From positions 1 to 34,750 of the forward strand of contig SLQM01000085.1 of assembly GCA_007131435.1 (NCBI GenBank): a stretch of 34,750 bases of DNA, in the 5' to 3' direction. Position 1 is the stretch's first letter. Every line of letters starts with the position of its first letter. Shown piece by piece: positions 19,901 through 28,350 of the stretch. The notes under the pieces were generated by a model. That model ran no database searches and was not told where the DNA came from. It saw only the letters and a program-made list of their open reading frames with translations. Made by a program: the position numbers and the translations under genes. The stretch comes from Syntrophomonadaceae bacterium (lineage in GTDB: Bacteria; Bacillota; Dethiobacteria; DTU022).

Positions 19901-20760
19901 TCGCCGGCCAAATACCGGTTGGCTCGCTGGGCCGCATTTACAGGGAGCATCACCTTGTAATTCTTGAAGGCTGGCTGGACCTGCTGAATAATAATATCTC
20001 ACCTGCAGGCAGCACTGCCGGGACTGACAGTGGGGCATCCCGGTTGAAAAGAATCAGGTTTGGACAAACGGGGAGGAACCTTCCGGCAACTGAGATCTAC
20101 GACCCAATTCTAATTGAACTGCAAAACTGCAATACGCTTACACCGGTTCGCTTAAGCGGTACAACCGAAGTACTCGCAGATAAGGGTTCTACTACCATTA
20201 TCCTGCAGCCAAAGGAAGCCCCGGGGAAATCTTTCGGTAAAACTGCACTGGGTAAATGTTCGCGGCACCTGCTGCGCGGCATACTTGATCATATCTTTTT
20301 GTCGGCTGCAGAAAGGGGCAGCGCCGCCGGAAGGAAGATTCTACTGCTTTACGCGGATCAGGAAGGTAAAACAGGATGTCTGAAACTTCGACTGCATCCT
20401 GTAGCAAAAGATAAGGCGCTAAACTGGTTGACTGAGATTGTCTCAGACATGGTATATGAACCGCATGCTTACCTGCTGCCCTGTGAAGCTGTATTCCAGG
20501 AACTGCGGGCCGGTATTAAAGCTCTGACAGGGGAGAATAAAAAAGATTTTAGAACAGCTGATATAATCGACGGCCGCAGGCTGCATAAAGAGATAATTGG
20601 GATGGCAGAAAACAGCCGCCTGTTTTTTTCAAGTCTCTGGGGCCCAGTCCCCGAACCGCGCTCCTACTGCCCGCCCGATGCCGATATAATAGCGGAGCTG
20701 GTAGCTGAACGTATGGGACTAATCTTTGAAGGAATAATTGAAGTGGAGGATTTGCGATGA
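16966..20760 (+). CDS. recC: exodeoxyribonuclease V gamma subunit
   Basis: 1264 aa with a RecC-like N-terminus (IYSNKTETLLKNLA), no Walker motifs, and overall RecC size. It sits immediately upstream of recB and overlaps it by 4 nt. Confidence 0.92.
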   Translation: MIELIYSNKTETLLKNLALNLELKEEEKLHPLEPVEIIVPNRNMETWIRLGLAQLKGIAANINFKWLENYISDLVSIASRDRFKLVNYQVTEAAILAALLDEKLLEGKELNPVSNYLRKTGRYDALNTISLGFDSYLGADSTDIRRVQLAAKMSSLFQEYSFSRPEMISGWREKAVESGFEVKAANPFKDPGKAEPFIAETVSWQRALWLSVFGPDGVLEKNQPPGGGNWITIDQLAYDSSFFDLLKETVLPPVHIFGVSYMARIYQVLFARLGELGNMHIYTLNPCAEFWEDVETDREYINRLGRELYRRKKKMWTGMGEPDEDDPFGLFEADNPALRYWGRPGREHIRLLGELTDCDFYDAFSDPLETGTGLLHQLQKDILERNPERVVEDNFLEADGTINLVAAPSVRREVEWVADEIWNLMRSNGLQNSQVPLRFSDIAVIINSTEHERYLPQIETVFTACQNLPFTVSDLPGKAGSKMIEAIIQLLKLPFGRFTRAEMLAFMSHPAVITQFEYLTPEAMAAKADKLGIVYGSNHSDHEGTYIDEDVLNWNQGILRLALGAFMSGEKSGDNRIFEAEQGRWLVEESSGSLSGAAAQFGLLSRSLLTDCRFVRTAEMTLSSWATFFRAQAEKYLHAETTADTGDRLRIIKTLSKLENMDMGKIVSGRTASEIAFKLLDSLPGNRGRYLSEGVAVSSFLPMRAIPFKVVFVLGLGEGLFPATGRRDALDLRSAKRRTGDVDPSERDRYMFLETLLSTREKLYLSFVRRDELTGDPLQPSAVVQELLHMLKLGFMGPENLNGLFKELPLRRFDDPAVFDHSFLDEAKAEARIRELAKSLDDQLNPAGRDVLPGIWPFISTASQKKIEDMLLLPGKPPGTCTGTSSKELAFAGELNTESPVNLTISNLHNFLSCPMQGWASAVLGLSEAEEDLAEQEEEDFEFSPLAKTGLLREIFYLAAAEELEPAKIYDQKSERLRLAGQIPVGSLGRIYREHHLVILEGWLDLLNNNISPAGSTAGTDSGASRLKRIRFGQTGRNLPATEIYDPILIELQNCNTLTPVRLSGTTEVLADKGSTTIILQPKEAPGKSFGKTALGKCSRHLLRGILDHIFLSAAERGSAAGRKILLLYADQEGKTGCLKLRLHPVAKDKALNWLTEIVSDMVYEPHAYLLPCEAVFQELRAGIKALTGENKKDFRTADIIDGRRLHKEIIGMAENSRLFFSSLWGPVPEPRSYCPPDADIIAELVAERMGLIFEGIIEVEDLR

Positions 20761-23700
20761 ACGAAATATATTTCAGACGCCCTGAAATCCTCTCTCATCA
20801 CGGCTTTAAAAAAGGCCATGCTGTTATAGAAGCATCGGCGGGGACGGGTAAAACTTATACCCTGGAACATCTCGTTTTGGATCTCCTGGTTGAAGACCGG
20901 GCTAATATAGAAGAGATCCTGGTTGTTACTTTCACCGAGGCCGCCACCAGGGAACTGCGGGAAAGAATTAGGGCGCTAATCAGAAACATCCTGGATGAAA
21001 CCGAAAAATCACCTGCCGGTGATCCATCTGAATACTGGGCAATAAATGATGTTAAACGGGGACGGCTGCGCGAAGCCCTGTTTCGTTTTGACGGAGCTGC
21101 CATATCAACTATTCACGGCTTCTGCCAGCGGATCCTTTCAGAGCAGGCTTTTTTGGGCGGCAGGGTTTTTGAGCAAGAACACGTCGATGGAAAAGAAATT
21201 TTCGGCCAGGCCTTCAGGGAAGAGGTTCGTTTTCTGATGGCCGGAAAATGCGCGGTGGGAAAAGCGCTGGCTCAGTGGATCGCCAGCGGGGAATCGCTGC
21301 ATAAGTTAGAAGAATTCTTATATACCTGTCACCGGGAAGGGGTGCCTGAACGGTGCACCCTGACTCCCCTCTGGGACCCGCAGGGTTTGATTGGAGCCCT
21401 GGAAGATCTTCCTCTTCCAGGGGATCTTGAAAAAGCTGCTGAAGACTATTACCAGGAAAAAGGTTCGTTAAATGGTTTTCAAAAGCACCTTGACAGCCTT
21501 TATGAATCAGCCGAAAAGGCCTTGCATGAACAGGATCCGCAACAGCAGGCTTTAATATTAATTGAATGGGCAAAAAAAGAACGGACAGTAGATAAAAATA
21601 AGAGCAGGCAGTTCGATTTCCTGCTTCAACAGGCCGGGCGGGAAGATGCCCCGCAGGTTTTCAAAACCCTGAAATCAAAGCTAAATGATATTATGCAAAG
21701 AACCGCCACGGGAGCGGCCTTCTTTGCCGGGGAAATGCTGCCCCGCCTGCAGGCCAGGCTTGTAGCAAGAAAACATTCACTCGGGCTGATCGATTTTGAT
21801 GATATGCTTCTGGGGGTAAAAGAAGCGCTCAACAGCCCCGGAGCAGAACTGCTGCTTAAGCTGCTCAGGAAGCGCTGGAAATATGCCCTCGTAGATGAAT
21901 TTCAGGATACCGATGCTGTCCAGTGGGATATTTTTAAAAAAATTTTTGTGGAAAGTGATGAAGGGCACTGTCTCTACATCATAGGGGATCCCAAGCAGGC
22001 CATCTATGGTTTTCGCGGAGCCGATGTATACACGTACCAGGCTGCCCGGAAATACCTTCTTGAAAAAAAAGGGGCCGGCCGCCTTCCGTTAATAAAGAAT
22101 TACCGTTCTACCCGGGCTTTAATCGATTCCTTAAATATCATTTTTACCCTTAAAGATCAAATGGGCGCTTCCTTTTTCAGCGGCCTGAACAGTTATGATG
22201 AACCAGCAGAGTGCGGGGACCTGTCTCGGGTGGCTGTGGAAGGAGGGCAAATTGCTGTACCTGTTCACCTGGTTCACCTGGACGGCAGAGGAGAAACCCT
22301 TGATGCAAGGACCGTCAGGAAGGGTTTGGCCAGTTTTATCAGTGAAGAGATCTTACGCCTAACCGGCAAGGAAAGCCCTTTACTAACCGGTAGGGATAGT
22401 GACGGCATTTCCCCTGTGAAGCTAAATGAAATATATATCCTTACCAGGACTACTGCCGAGGGGCTAGAAATTGGTGAAGCCCTGCGGCTCTACAATATTC
22501 CGCATGCTTACTACAAGCAGGAAGGTCTTTTTAAGACTGCCGAAGCAGAGCATGTTCACCGCATCCTGATGGCAGTTGATTCACCGGCAGACAGGGGCCT
22601 GCGCATGTCAGCCTGGCTCACTCCTTTTTTCCAGGTTTCCCTTGAAGAACTGCCAGGCTGGCAACAGATTGAGACCAATCAACCCCTTTCTACCCTCCTC
22701 TTCCAGTGGAAAAAGCTGGCCGACTACCACTCCTGGCCGCTGCTCTTCGACCGCTTGCTGTCCGATACAGGGCTGGCAAGAAGGCTGGTCTTTTCCGGCA
22801 ATGAAAGGGCCCTGACAAACTATTTGCATCTATTTGAACTGCTGCAATCTGAAACTTATTCCCGCCCTGTAAGCCTGGCAGAGCTGTGCCGCAGCCTGAA
22901 AGCAAGAATTGACGGCCGCAAAATACCGGAAGGCCGTGAAGGAGACGTTCAAAGGCTTGAAACTGACCAGGAGGCAGTTCAGATCCTGACCATGCATAAA
23001 GCAAAGGGTCTGGAAGCAGAAGTGGTTTTTATTGCTGGTGGTTTCGGCAATCCTGCCGGGCAGGGCATTTTAAAAAGTATTTACCACGACAGCAACAACG
23101 GGCGCTGCCTGCATGTAGGGCGGGCTTTTGGAGAAATAGCAGATGCCCTGGAACAGGAAAACCACGAGGAAAATGAGCGGCTGGCCTATGTTGCTTTAAC
23201 CAGGGCAAAATCAAGGCTCTACCTGCCATACTTTGGCGGGGGCAATGATAATCCCGGGGCAGAAAAGACTTATAGCTATAAGAAACTTGGCCTTTTTTAC
23301 AGCAAGCTGCAAAAACAGCTTGACCTGGTAATGGATAAAAACCTGCTGACAGACAGCAAGGGATTTCTCTTACGGGAAGCACCCTGCCGGCAGGGCCCTC
23401 CTTCTGAAAAAGAAATAATGCTGGATCCCGGAGCCTGGCCACCCGAGGAACTGCTGGTTATTCCGCCACCAGCGGCAGAAGAAGCAGAAAGTATCGCAAG
23501 TGCTCACCGGGGGGTCATTTTAACCAGCTATTCTCGGATCAGCCGCGGGAAAGAGTGGCATGCGCCGGCAGGTGACGATGAAGCTGAAGACAAGCTTGAT
23601 AGCGGCGCAGGGGAAATACCGGGGGCAGGACAGCAATTACCTTCCGCCGGGGAAATTGCGACCATACCCGGAGGGAGGGAAACCGGCCTTTTCCTGCACA

Positions 23701-24452
23701 GCCTGCTGGAACAAATCTGCCCGGAAGAAGAATGTCAGTTAGAGTTGGACAGCTGGATTCACTCACCTGCAATAATCGAACAGGCGGAAAAAATAGCAAG
23801 GCAGCACGGGTTTGACAGCAACCTGGTCCCGCTGGCTTTAAAGCTTGTTTACCGCTGCTATAAAACCCCTATCTGCCAGGAAAGTATTGAGAGAAACAGC
23901 ATTCTTGAAATGCCGGGCGGCATCAGTTCCGGATTATACCGTCAGTATGAGATGTCTTTCGCTTACCCCATACCGGAAAAATTCCATCCACTGCTTGCTT
24001 CCAAACGCAGCTTTAATAGGAAGGCAGAGTTTCCTTACCAGGCCAGGCGCGGTTACCTGCAGGGGCTGATTGACCTTGTATTTGAGCATGGCCATAAGTT
24101 CTATTTACTGGACTGGAAAAGTGATCGTCTGCCTGCATACGATCTTGATGCACTCAACTCTCATGTAAGTTTAAATTATGCCATGCAGGCTAAAATATAC
24201 ACCCTGGCTTTAACCAGGCAGCTAAACCTTGATAACGGGGAGCTTTATTTGAATAAATTTGGCGGCATCATCTACTCATTTATCCGCGGTATTAAAGCAG
24301 GCAGTAAGGAAACCGGGGGAGAAGGAATTTGGTTTTCACTCCCCTCCTGGGATGAAGTGGTTGTGTGGGAAACTGAACTGCTTGAGCGCCATGAATGGGG
24401 CGGCGAAGTCATAGAACAGGCCTGGGAGCAAAAAAACAGGGAGACAAAATAA
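20757..24452 (+). CDS. recB: exodeoxyribonuclease V beta subunit (UvrD-type helicase plus PD-(D/E)XK nuclease)
   Basis: Helicase motif I is IEASAGTGKTYTL, motif II ALVDEFQDTD, and motif VI-like is YVALTRAKSRLYL. The C-terminal nuclease motif is GLIDLVFEHGHKFYLLDWKSD. A GGAGG SD lies 7 nt upstream. Confidence 0.95.
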   Translation: MNEIYFRRPEILSHHGFKKGHAVIEASAGTGKTYTLEHLVLDLLVEDRANIEEILVVTFTEAATRELRERIRALIRNILDETEKSPAGDPSEYWAINDVKRGRLREALFRFDGAAISTIHGFCQRILSEQAFLGGRVFEQEHVDGKEIFGQAFREEVRFLMAGKCAVGKALAQWIASGESLHKLEEFLYTCHREGVPERCTLTPLWDPQGLIGALEDLPLPGDLEKAAEDYYQEKGSLNGFQKHLDSLYESAEKALHEQDPQQQALILIEWAKKERTVDKNKSRQFDFLLQQAGREDAPQVFKTLKSKLNDIMQRTATGAAFFAGEMLPRLQARLVARKHSLGLIDFDDMLLGVKEALNSPGAELLLKLLRKRWKYALVDEFQDTDAVQWDIFKKIFVESDEGHCLYIIGDPKQAIYGFRGADVYTYQAARKYLLEKKGAGRLPLIKNYRSTRALIDSLNIIFTLKDQMGASFFSGLNSYDEPAECGDLSRVAVEGGQIAVPVHLVHLDGRGETLDARTVRKGLASFISEEILRLTGKESPLLTGRDSDGISPVKLNEIYILTRTTAEGLEIGEALRLYNIPHAYYKQEGLFKTAEAEHVHRILMAVDSPADRGLRMSAWLTPFFQVSLEELPGWQQIETNQPLSTLLFQWKKLADYHSWPLLFDRLLSDTGLARRLVFSGNERALTNYLHLFELLQSETYSRPVSLAELCRSLKARIDGRKIPEGREGDVQRLETDQEAVQILTMHKAKGLEAEVVFIAGGFGNPAGQGILKSIYHDSNNGRCLHVGRAFGEIADALEQENHEENERLAYVALTRAKSRLYLPYFGGGNDNPGAEKTYSYKKLGLFYSKLQKQLDLVMDKNLLTDSKGFLLREAPCRQGPPSEKEIMLDPGAWPPEELLVIPPPAAEEAESIASAHRGVILTSYSRISRGKEWHAPAGDDEAEDKLDSGAGEIPGAGQQLPSAGEIATIPGGRETGLFLHSLLEQICPEEECQLELDSWIHSPAIIEQAEKIARQHGFDSNLVPLALKLVYRCYKTPICQESIERNSILEMPGGISSGLYRQYEMSFAYPIPEKFHPLLASKRSFNRKAEFPYQARRGYLQGLIDLVFEHGHKFYLLDWKSDRLPAYDLDALNSHVSLNYAMQAKIYTLALTRQLNLDNGELYLNKFGGIIYSFIRGIKAGSKETGGEGIWFSLPSWDEVVVWETELLERHEWGGEVIEQAWEQKNRETK

Positions 24453-24454
24453 AG

Positions 24455-26476
24455 ATGGAACTAAACAGCAATCCGAAAATAGATGAAATCGATTATTTTT
24501 CCCACGATTTATTACCGGCAATCAGGCAGCACGACCTGGGTTCTGAAGATCTTTTTTTGGGTGCAGAACTGGCACGCCTGGCAGGATTAAAACCGGGGGA
24601 TAAAGAGCACCGCGCCCTGGTGCTGCTGGTCCTGGCTGCCAGGTTAACTTTAAACGATGGAAGCACCAGGCTGCCCCTGGAACCCTTTAGCCACCTTGAA
24701 AGCTTGCTGGGGATGTTCCAGGCCGGTGAAGAAGAGATAAACGCGGTAAAAAGCCTGCTTGCCCTGGCAAAAAACAGGGCCCATCCCGTGGAAAACAGGG
24801 GCCTGACGAATATATTCGGCAGCGGCGGCGACTACCGTCCCCTTGTATTTGACAACAGCTCACTCTACCTTCAAAAGTATCACTTCCTGGAAGCAAGAGT
24901 TGGCGATATCCTGAAAAATAGGTTAGGCCTTACCCCGGAAAATAATTTAAGCAGGACAGCATCGGATAAGCCAAATGACAGCTTCCTGCCTGCCCTGGAA
25001 GAGGTTCTCAGCAACCCTCCTCATGACCAGGCCGGGCCACTGGTTTTAGATACGGAGCAGCTTAATGCAGTAAAGGCCATGTTGAGCGGTAAAATTACCG
25101 CTATAAGCGGAAGGCCGGGCAGCGGAAAAACCTCGATCATCGCCAGCCTGCTGAGGGTTATTGCCCGGGCAGAAAGCCCTCCCCTCCACTCTATTGCCCT
25201 TGCTGCCCCTACCGGAAAGGCTGCGGACAGGATGAGGCAGGCCGTTGCGGAACACCTGGCAAAAATTAAAAACCCGGGCAGCGCTGATCTCAAGCTGACA
25301 GAAAACTGCCCGCCTTCTACTACTCTGCACCGCCTGCTGCGCTATTCACCCGGGCAGGACCTCTTCTGGCACAATGATAATAATCCCCTGCCTGAAAAGC
25401 TTGTGATTGTTGACGAAAGCTCAATGATAGACCTGGTGATGATGGACCATTTACTGCGTGCCCTGCAGCCCGGCACCAGGTTAATCCTGCTGGGCGATGC
25501 CGATCAGCTTCCGGCAGTTGATGCAGGATCTGTATTTCGCGATCTCTGCAGCGCTAAATCGGCCCATAGACTGGGTAGGGTAAAATCGCTGCAAAAAAGT
25601 TACCGGGCCAGTGAAAAAGATTCACCAGGAAGAGCAATTCTTAATGCTGCAGCAGCGGTAAACAGCGGCAGGATGCCCGGGGAGGAAGGAGCGCCAGGGG
25701 TGCCTTTACCAGCAAGGATGGTTGAAGAACTTTTATTTGACGGCGTGGAGCTTTTACCCACCAGTGATCAGGCCGGCCGCACAGCACTCCTTGAAAAGTG
25801 GCAAACACTGCTTCCCCAGGCGCAGGAAGAACTTAAAGGCGATTTGCAGCATCAATACACACTTGGGCCGGCAGGCTTTGATGATTTAGCCACGGAAAGA
25901 TTGCTTAAACTGTTTAGCGCTTACGAAAAATCAAGGCTGTTATGTGTAACGCGTAAAGAGGCCGGCGGTACAGGTTCGGATAAAGTTAACCAGTGGTTTC
26001 ACCAGCGGTGGGGCATGGAACACCAGCATGAACAATCTGCCATGCCGGGCCAGTTTTTGCCCGGAGAGCCTGTTCTGGTTACCCGAAATGATTATGCCCT
26101 GCGCCTGTATAACGGAGATTCAGGCCTGGTTTTGAAAGCAGCTAACAGGACAGGGCCGGGCAATAGGCCACCAGAACTGATGGCTATTTTCCCTCGCGGC
26201 AGCGGTTTTGCCGCCTATCCCCTCGCTTCGCTGCAGGGTAAAATCGAGCTGGCCTGGGCTACAACAGTTCATAAGGCCCAGGGTTCAGAATTCGATAATG
26301 TAGCAATAATTCTTCCCGAACATCCTGTCAGGCCCTTAACCCGCGAACTGCTCTATACAGCAATTACGAGGGCGAAAAAATCTGTTGTTCTGGTAGGAAG
26401 CAGGGGAGTGCTCGAAGAAGGTATAAGACAAGCTAAGAAGCGATTTTCCGGGCTGGCAGATCTGCTTGAAGAATAG
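24455..26476 (+). CDS. recD: exodeoxyribonuclease V alpha subunit (SF1B helicase)
   Basis: Contains GRPGSGKTS (Walker A), LIVDESSMID, LILLGDADQLPAV and TVHKAQGSEFDNV. The ORF track opens at 24395 inside recB. I use the ATG at 24455 (MELNSN...), 2 nt after the recB stop. Confidence 0.93.
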   Translation: MELNSNPKIDEIDYFSHDLLPAIRQHDLGSEDLFLGAELARLAGLKPGDKEHRALVLLVLAARLTLNDGSTRLPLEPFSHLESLLGMFQAGEEEINAVKSLLALAKNRAHPVENRGLTNIFGSGGDYRPLVFDNSSLYLQKYHFLEARVGDILKNRLGLTPENNLSRTASDKPNDSFLPALEEVLSNPPHDQAGPLVLDTEQLNAVKAMLSGKITAISGRPGSGKTSIIASLLRVIARAESPPLHSIALAAPTGKAADRMRQAVAEHLAKIKNPGSADLKLTENCPPSTTLHRLLRYSPGQDLFWHNDNNPLPEKLVIVDESSMIDLVMMDHLLRALQPGTRLILLGDADQLPAVDAGSVFRDLCSAKSAHRLGRVKSLQKSYRASEKDSPGRAILNAAAAVNSGRMPGEEGAPGVPLPARMVEELLFDGVELLPTSDQAGRTALLEKWQTLLPQAQEELKGDLQHQYTLGPAGFDDLATERLLKLFSAYEKSRLLCVTRKEAGGTGSDKVNQWFHQRWGMEHQHEQSAMPGQFLPGEPVLVTRNDYALRLYNGDSGLVLKAANRTGPGNRPPELMAIFPRGSGFAAYPLASLQGKIELAWATTVHKAQGSEFDNVAIILPEHPVRPLTRELLYTAITRAKKSVVLVGSRGVLEEGIRQAKKRFSGLADLLEE

Positions 26477-26494
26477 CTGACAGGGGTGAGATAA

Positions 26495-28204
26495 ATGGAA
26501 ATAGAATTCTATAACCTTCCGGAAACAGCAGTAAAGGAGGAGCTTGTTAAGCTAAAAGCTGAGCAAATTATAGATCGAATCTGGAACAGGGATCATACAG
26601 CCTGGAATGAAAATCCAAAGGAGATCAGCAACCGCCTTGGCTGGCTGCAAAGTCACAGGTTAATGCTGGAGGAAATTCCTGGACTGGAAGGGTTTGTCAA
26701 AGAGCTGCAGGCAGAGGGCTTCACGCAGGCTTTGCTGCTGGGAATGGGCGGCTCCAGCATGGCGCCGGAAGTGTTTCGTAAGGTTTTCGGGATTAAGGGC
26801 GGCTACCTGGACCTGCACATTCTCGACACCACGGATCCTGATGCAATTGCAGAAACTGAAAACAGGCTGGATCTCAAAACTACCCTGGTTATAGTTGCCA
26901 CCAAGTCCGGCGGAACAGTAGAAACAATATCCCTGATGAAATATTTTTATAACAGGATGGCTAAAACAGTTGGCGCAGCTATGGCAGGCAACTGCTTTGT
27001 TGCCATCACCGACCCGGGAAGCGGCTTGGAAGATGATGCCGGCAAGCTCAATTTCAGGAAAGTATTTTTAAATGATCCCGGGATCGGGGGGCGTTACTCA
27101 GCCCTTTCTTACTTCGGCATTGTCCCTGCCGCAATAGTGGGCGTTGACCTCAAAAGATTACTTTTCAGGTCAGGGGCAGTAGAAATGAGCTCGAAAACCC
27201 CGACTTTACCTCCTGCAGGAGGTAACAGCCCGGCCTGGCTGGGAGCTGTCTTAGGCTGTCTCGGTAAAATGGGCCGCGATAAAGTGACTTTCATATCTTC
27301 CCCGGAAATAGAACCCTTTGAAGCCTGGGTAGAACAGCTAATTGCTGAAAGCACGGGCAAGGAAGGAACGGGCCTTCTTCCCGTTTGCGGAGAAATACCC
27401 GGCAGCCCCGGTGTATATGCTGAAGACCGGGTTTTCATTTATACCCGCTTAAAAAAAGACAGCATCCATGATCAAAAAGTAAAAGCCCTGGTAGAAGCAG
27501 GGCAACCTGTCATTCAGCTTAACCTGCTCGACCAGTACAGCCTGGGAGGCGAGTATTTCAGGTGGATGATGGCCACCGCCATTGCCGGTTGGGCGCTAAA
27601 TATAAACCCCTTTGACCAGCCGAACGTGGAGTCGGCAAAGGTTTTAGCCAGGGAAATGATATCCGGCTACCAGCAGGAAGGAAAACTTCCCTCCTCCTCA
27701 CCTGATCTTGAAGAAGAGGGTTTACAGGTTTACGGGGCCGCCGGCAGCGCTAACCTGCAGCAGGCCCTGCAAAGCTTCCTGGGCCAGGCTGAAAAGGGAG
27801 AGGAAAACTGCCGGGGCAGGAGCTATATTTCAATCCAGGCCTACCTGAAACCAGCACCTGAAGCAGGCCAGGCCCTGCAGGAATTACAAACCTCATTGAG
27901 GGATAAAACACTTATGGCTGTAACCTCCGGTTACGGGCCGCGCTTCCTGCACTCAACTGGGCAGCTGCACAAGGGCGATGCCGGAAGGGGACTGTTTATC
28001 CAGCTAACTGCTGACCCGCAAACCGACCTGCCCATACCGGAAGAAGCGGGCAGTGACAAATCTAATATCAGTTTCGGAATCCTGAAGGAAGCCCAGGCCC
28101 TTGGAGACAGGCAGGCGCTGATAGATGGTGGCCGCAGGGTGCTGCGCATCCATTTAACAGGCGAGCATGCAGACGCCATCCGCAAAATCGTGCAATCTCT
28201 ATAG
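26495..28204 (+). CDS. pgi: glucose-6-phosphate isomerase (SIS-domain type resembling the Pgi half of Tal-Pgi fusions)
   Basis: 569 aa with IWNRDHTAWNENPKEISNRLGWL near the N-terminus, LLGMGGSSMAPEV and ATKSGGTVET SIS motifs, and GGRYSALS. Confidence 0.85.
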   Translation: MEIEFYNLPETAVKEELVKLKAEQIIDRIWNRDHTAWNENPKEISNRLGWLQSHRLMLEEIPGLEGFVKELQAEGFTQALLLGMGGSSMAPEVFRKVFGIKGGYLDLHILDTTDPDAIAETENRLDLKTTLVIVATKSGGTVETISLMKYFYNRMAKTVGAAMAGNCFVAITDPGSGLEDDAGKLNFRKVFLNDPGIGGRYSALSYFGIVPAAIVGVDLKRLLFRSGAVEMSSKTPTLPPAGGNSPAWLGAVLGCLGKMGRDKVTFISSPEIEPFEAWVEQLIAESTGKEGTGLLPVCGEIPGSPGVYAEDRVFIYTRLKKDSIHDQKVKALVEAGQPVIQLNLLDQYSLGGEYFRWMMATAIAGWALNINPFDQPNVESAKVLAREMISGYQQEGKLPSSSPDLEEEGLQVYGAAGSANLQQALQSFLGQAEKGEENCRGRSYISIQAYLKPAPEAGQALQELQTSLRDKTLMAVTSGYGPRFLHSTGQLHKGDAGRGLFIQLTADPQTDLPIPEEAGSDKSNISFGILKEAQALGDRQALIDGGRRVLRIHLTGEHADAIRKIVQSL

Positions 28205-28288
28205 CTAAATAAGTCGGAAAACAATTAAGAACATTCCCCTTCATCACCAAAAACTTCATCCAACCAATCAATGGATTTTTTCAATCTG

Positions 28289-28297
28289 TGTTATAAT
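28289..28297 (+). promoter_or_regulatory. candidate extended -10 promoter element (TGTTATAAT) for the PucR-family regulator gene
   Basis: TGTTATAAT at 28289-28297 lies 54 nt upstream of the ATG at 28351. The -35 region (TCAATG) is poor, which extended -10 promoters tolerate. Confidence 0.35.
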
Positions 28298-28350
28298 CCA
28301 CTTGGAAGTAATATTTAGCAGCAGTTAACTCATCCCATGGAGGAACAGAT

